A stretch of DNA of 63,983 nt, the filler included, from Octopus bimaculoides (lineage: Eukaryota): NCBI RefSeq assembly GCF_001194135.2. It is 6 parts of 6 records of this genome, joined end to end, with 100 filler letters (N's around TTAATTAATTAA, not from the genome) between each part and the next. Parts side by side here need not be neighbours in the genome. Positions count along the whole stretch, not along the records: positions 62,768 to 63,983 come from NW_026363977.1; 5 more parts are not named here. One strand, given 5' to 3'. The first letter of the stretch is position 1. Each line of letters starts with the position of its first letter. Position numbers and translations under genes: made by a program. A model generated the notes under the pieces. The model worked only from the letters and a program-made list of their open reading frames with translations, did not search any database and was not told the DNA's origin. Below are positions 63,287 to 63,983 of this stretch, piece after piece.

Positions 63287-63337
<51 letters not shown>

Positions 63338-63657
63338 CATACATACATGCATGCATGTATGTATATATGTATGTGCATCTGCCAATCAATTAGGTAGTGA
63401 AACAACAAAACTGAAGAATTAATCGGCTTAACTGCTCTAAAACAATTCCTTTACCATCTCAACACTTTAATCACATGACTAAATCTGCTCCCCTCTCTCC
63501 TCCCTCTCTGCCTCCTTCCCCGCCACCCACCCAGCCTAGTTTTCATAACTACATCGATAAAATGGCTAAAAGGAACAAACTCTAATAATAGGCATATTGC
63601 TATATTGCTGATGTTATGAAACTCACACAACAAAGCTTTTTTTCACACTATTGCATA

Positions 63658-63983
63658 TGATACTCTTTTACTCTTTTACTTGTTTCAGTCATTTGACTGT
63701 GGCCATGCTGGAGCACCGCCTTCAGTCGAGCAAATCGACCCCAGGACTTATTCTTTGGAAGCCTAGTACTTATCCTATCGATCTCTTTTGCCAAACCGCT
63801 AAGTTACGGGGATGTAAACACACCAGCATCGGTTGTCAAGCGATGGTGGGGGGACAAACACAGACACACAAACATATACACGCACACATACATATATATA
63901 TATATATATATACATATATACGACAGGCTTCTTTCAGTTTCCGTCTATGAAATCCACTCACAAGGCTTTGGTCAGCCCGAGGC
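63658..63983 (-). mobile_element. SINE family A copy truncated by the window end
   Basis: Closely similar to 46116-46430. Confidence 0.9.

Overview
A 64-kb, AT-rich eukaryotic window that is mostly non-coding. It is dense in microsatellites and N gaps, and five gaps are artificial 44N-TTAATTAATTAA-44N joins. The repeat complement looks like a coleoid cephalopod, probably Octopus; this is inferred from recalled repeat families and was not verified by a search. No complete host gene, rRNA, true tRNA or CRISPR array is supported. The left half (1-37 kb) is dominated by several tRNA-headed SINE families, some with clear TSDs, plus short foldback/MITE-like elements and an R4/Dong endonuclease relic. 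The right half (42-61 kb) holds decayed retroelements of many clades: a HERO-like RLE LINE, a CR1/L2-like LINE 5' end with a CCCH-finger ORF1, a Penelope-like element with a hammerhead-ribozyme motif, a near-full-length RTE LINE ending in three C2H2 fingers, a GIY-YIG relic, and an internally deleted Ty3/Gypsy element with its 3' LTR. Low-confidence splice-site-bounded exon candidates suggest a minus-strand gene (8.2-10.8 kb) and the 5' end of a plus-strand gene (40-62 kb). The best leads are two related minimal hammerhead motifs, the triple-finger RTE, a frame-preserving candidate exon with one in-frame UAG, two ~100-bp foldback hairpins, a SINE dimer with an exact 101-bp duplication, and a duplicated CCAAT/X-box-like module.
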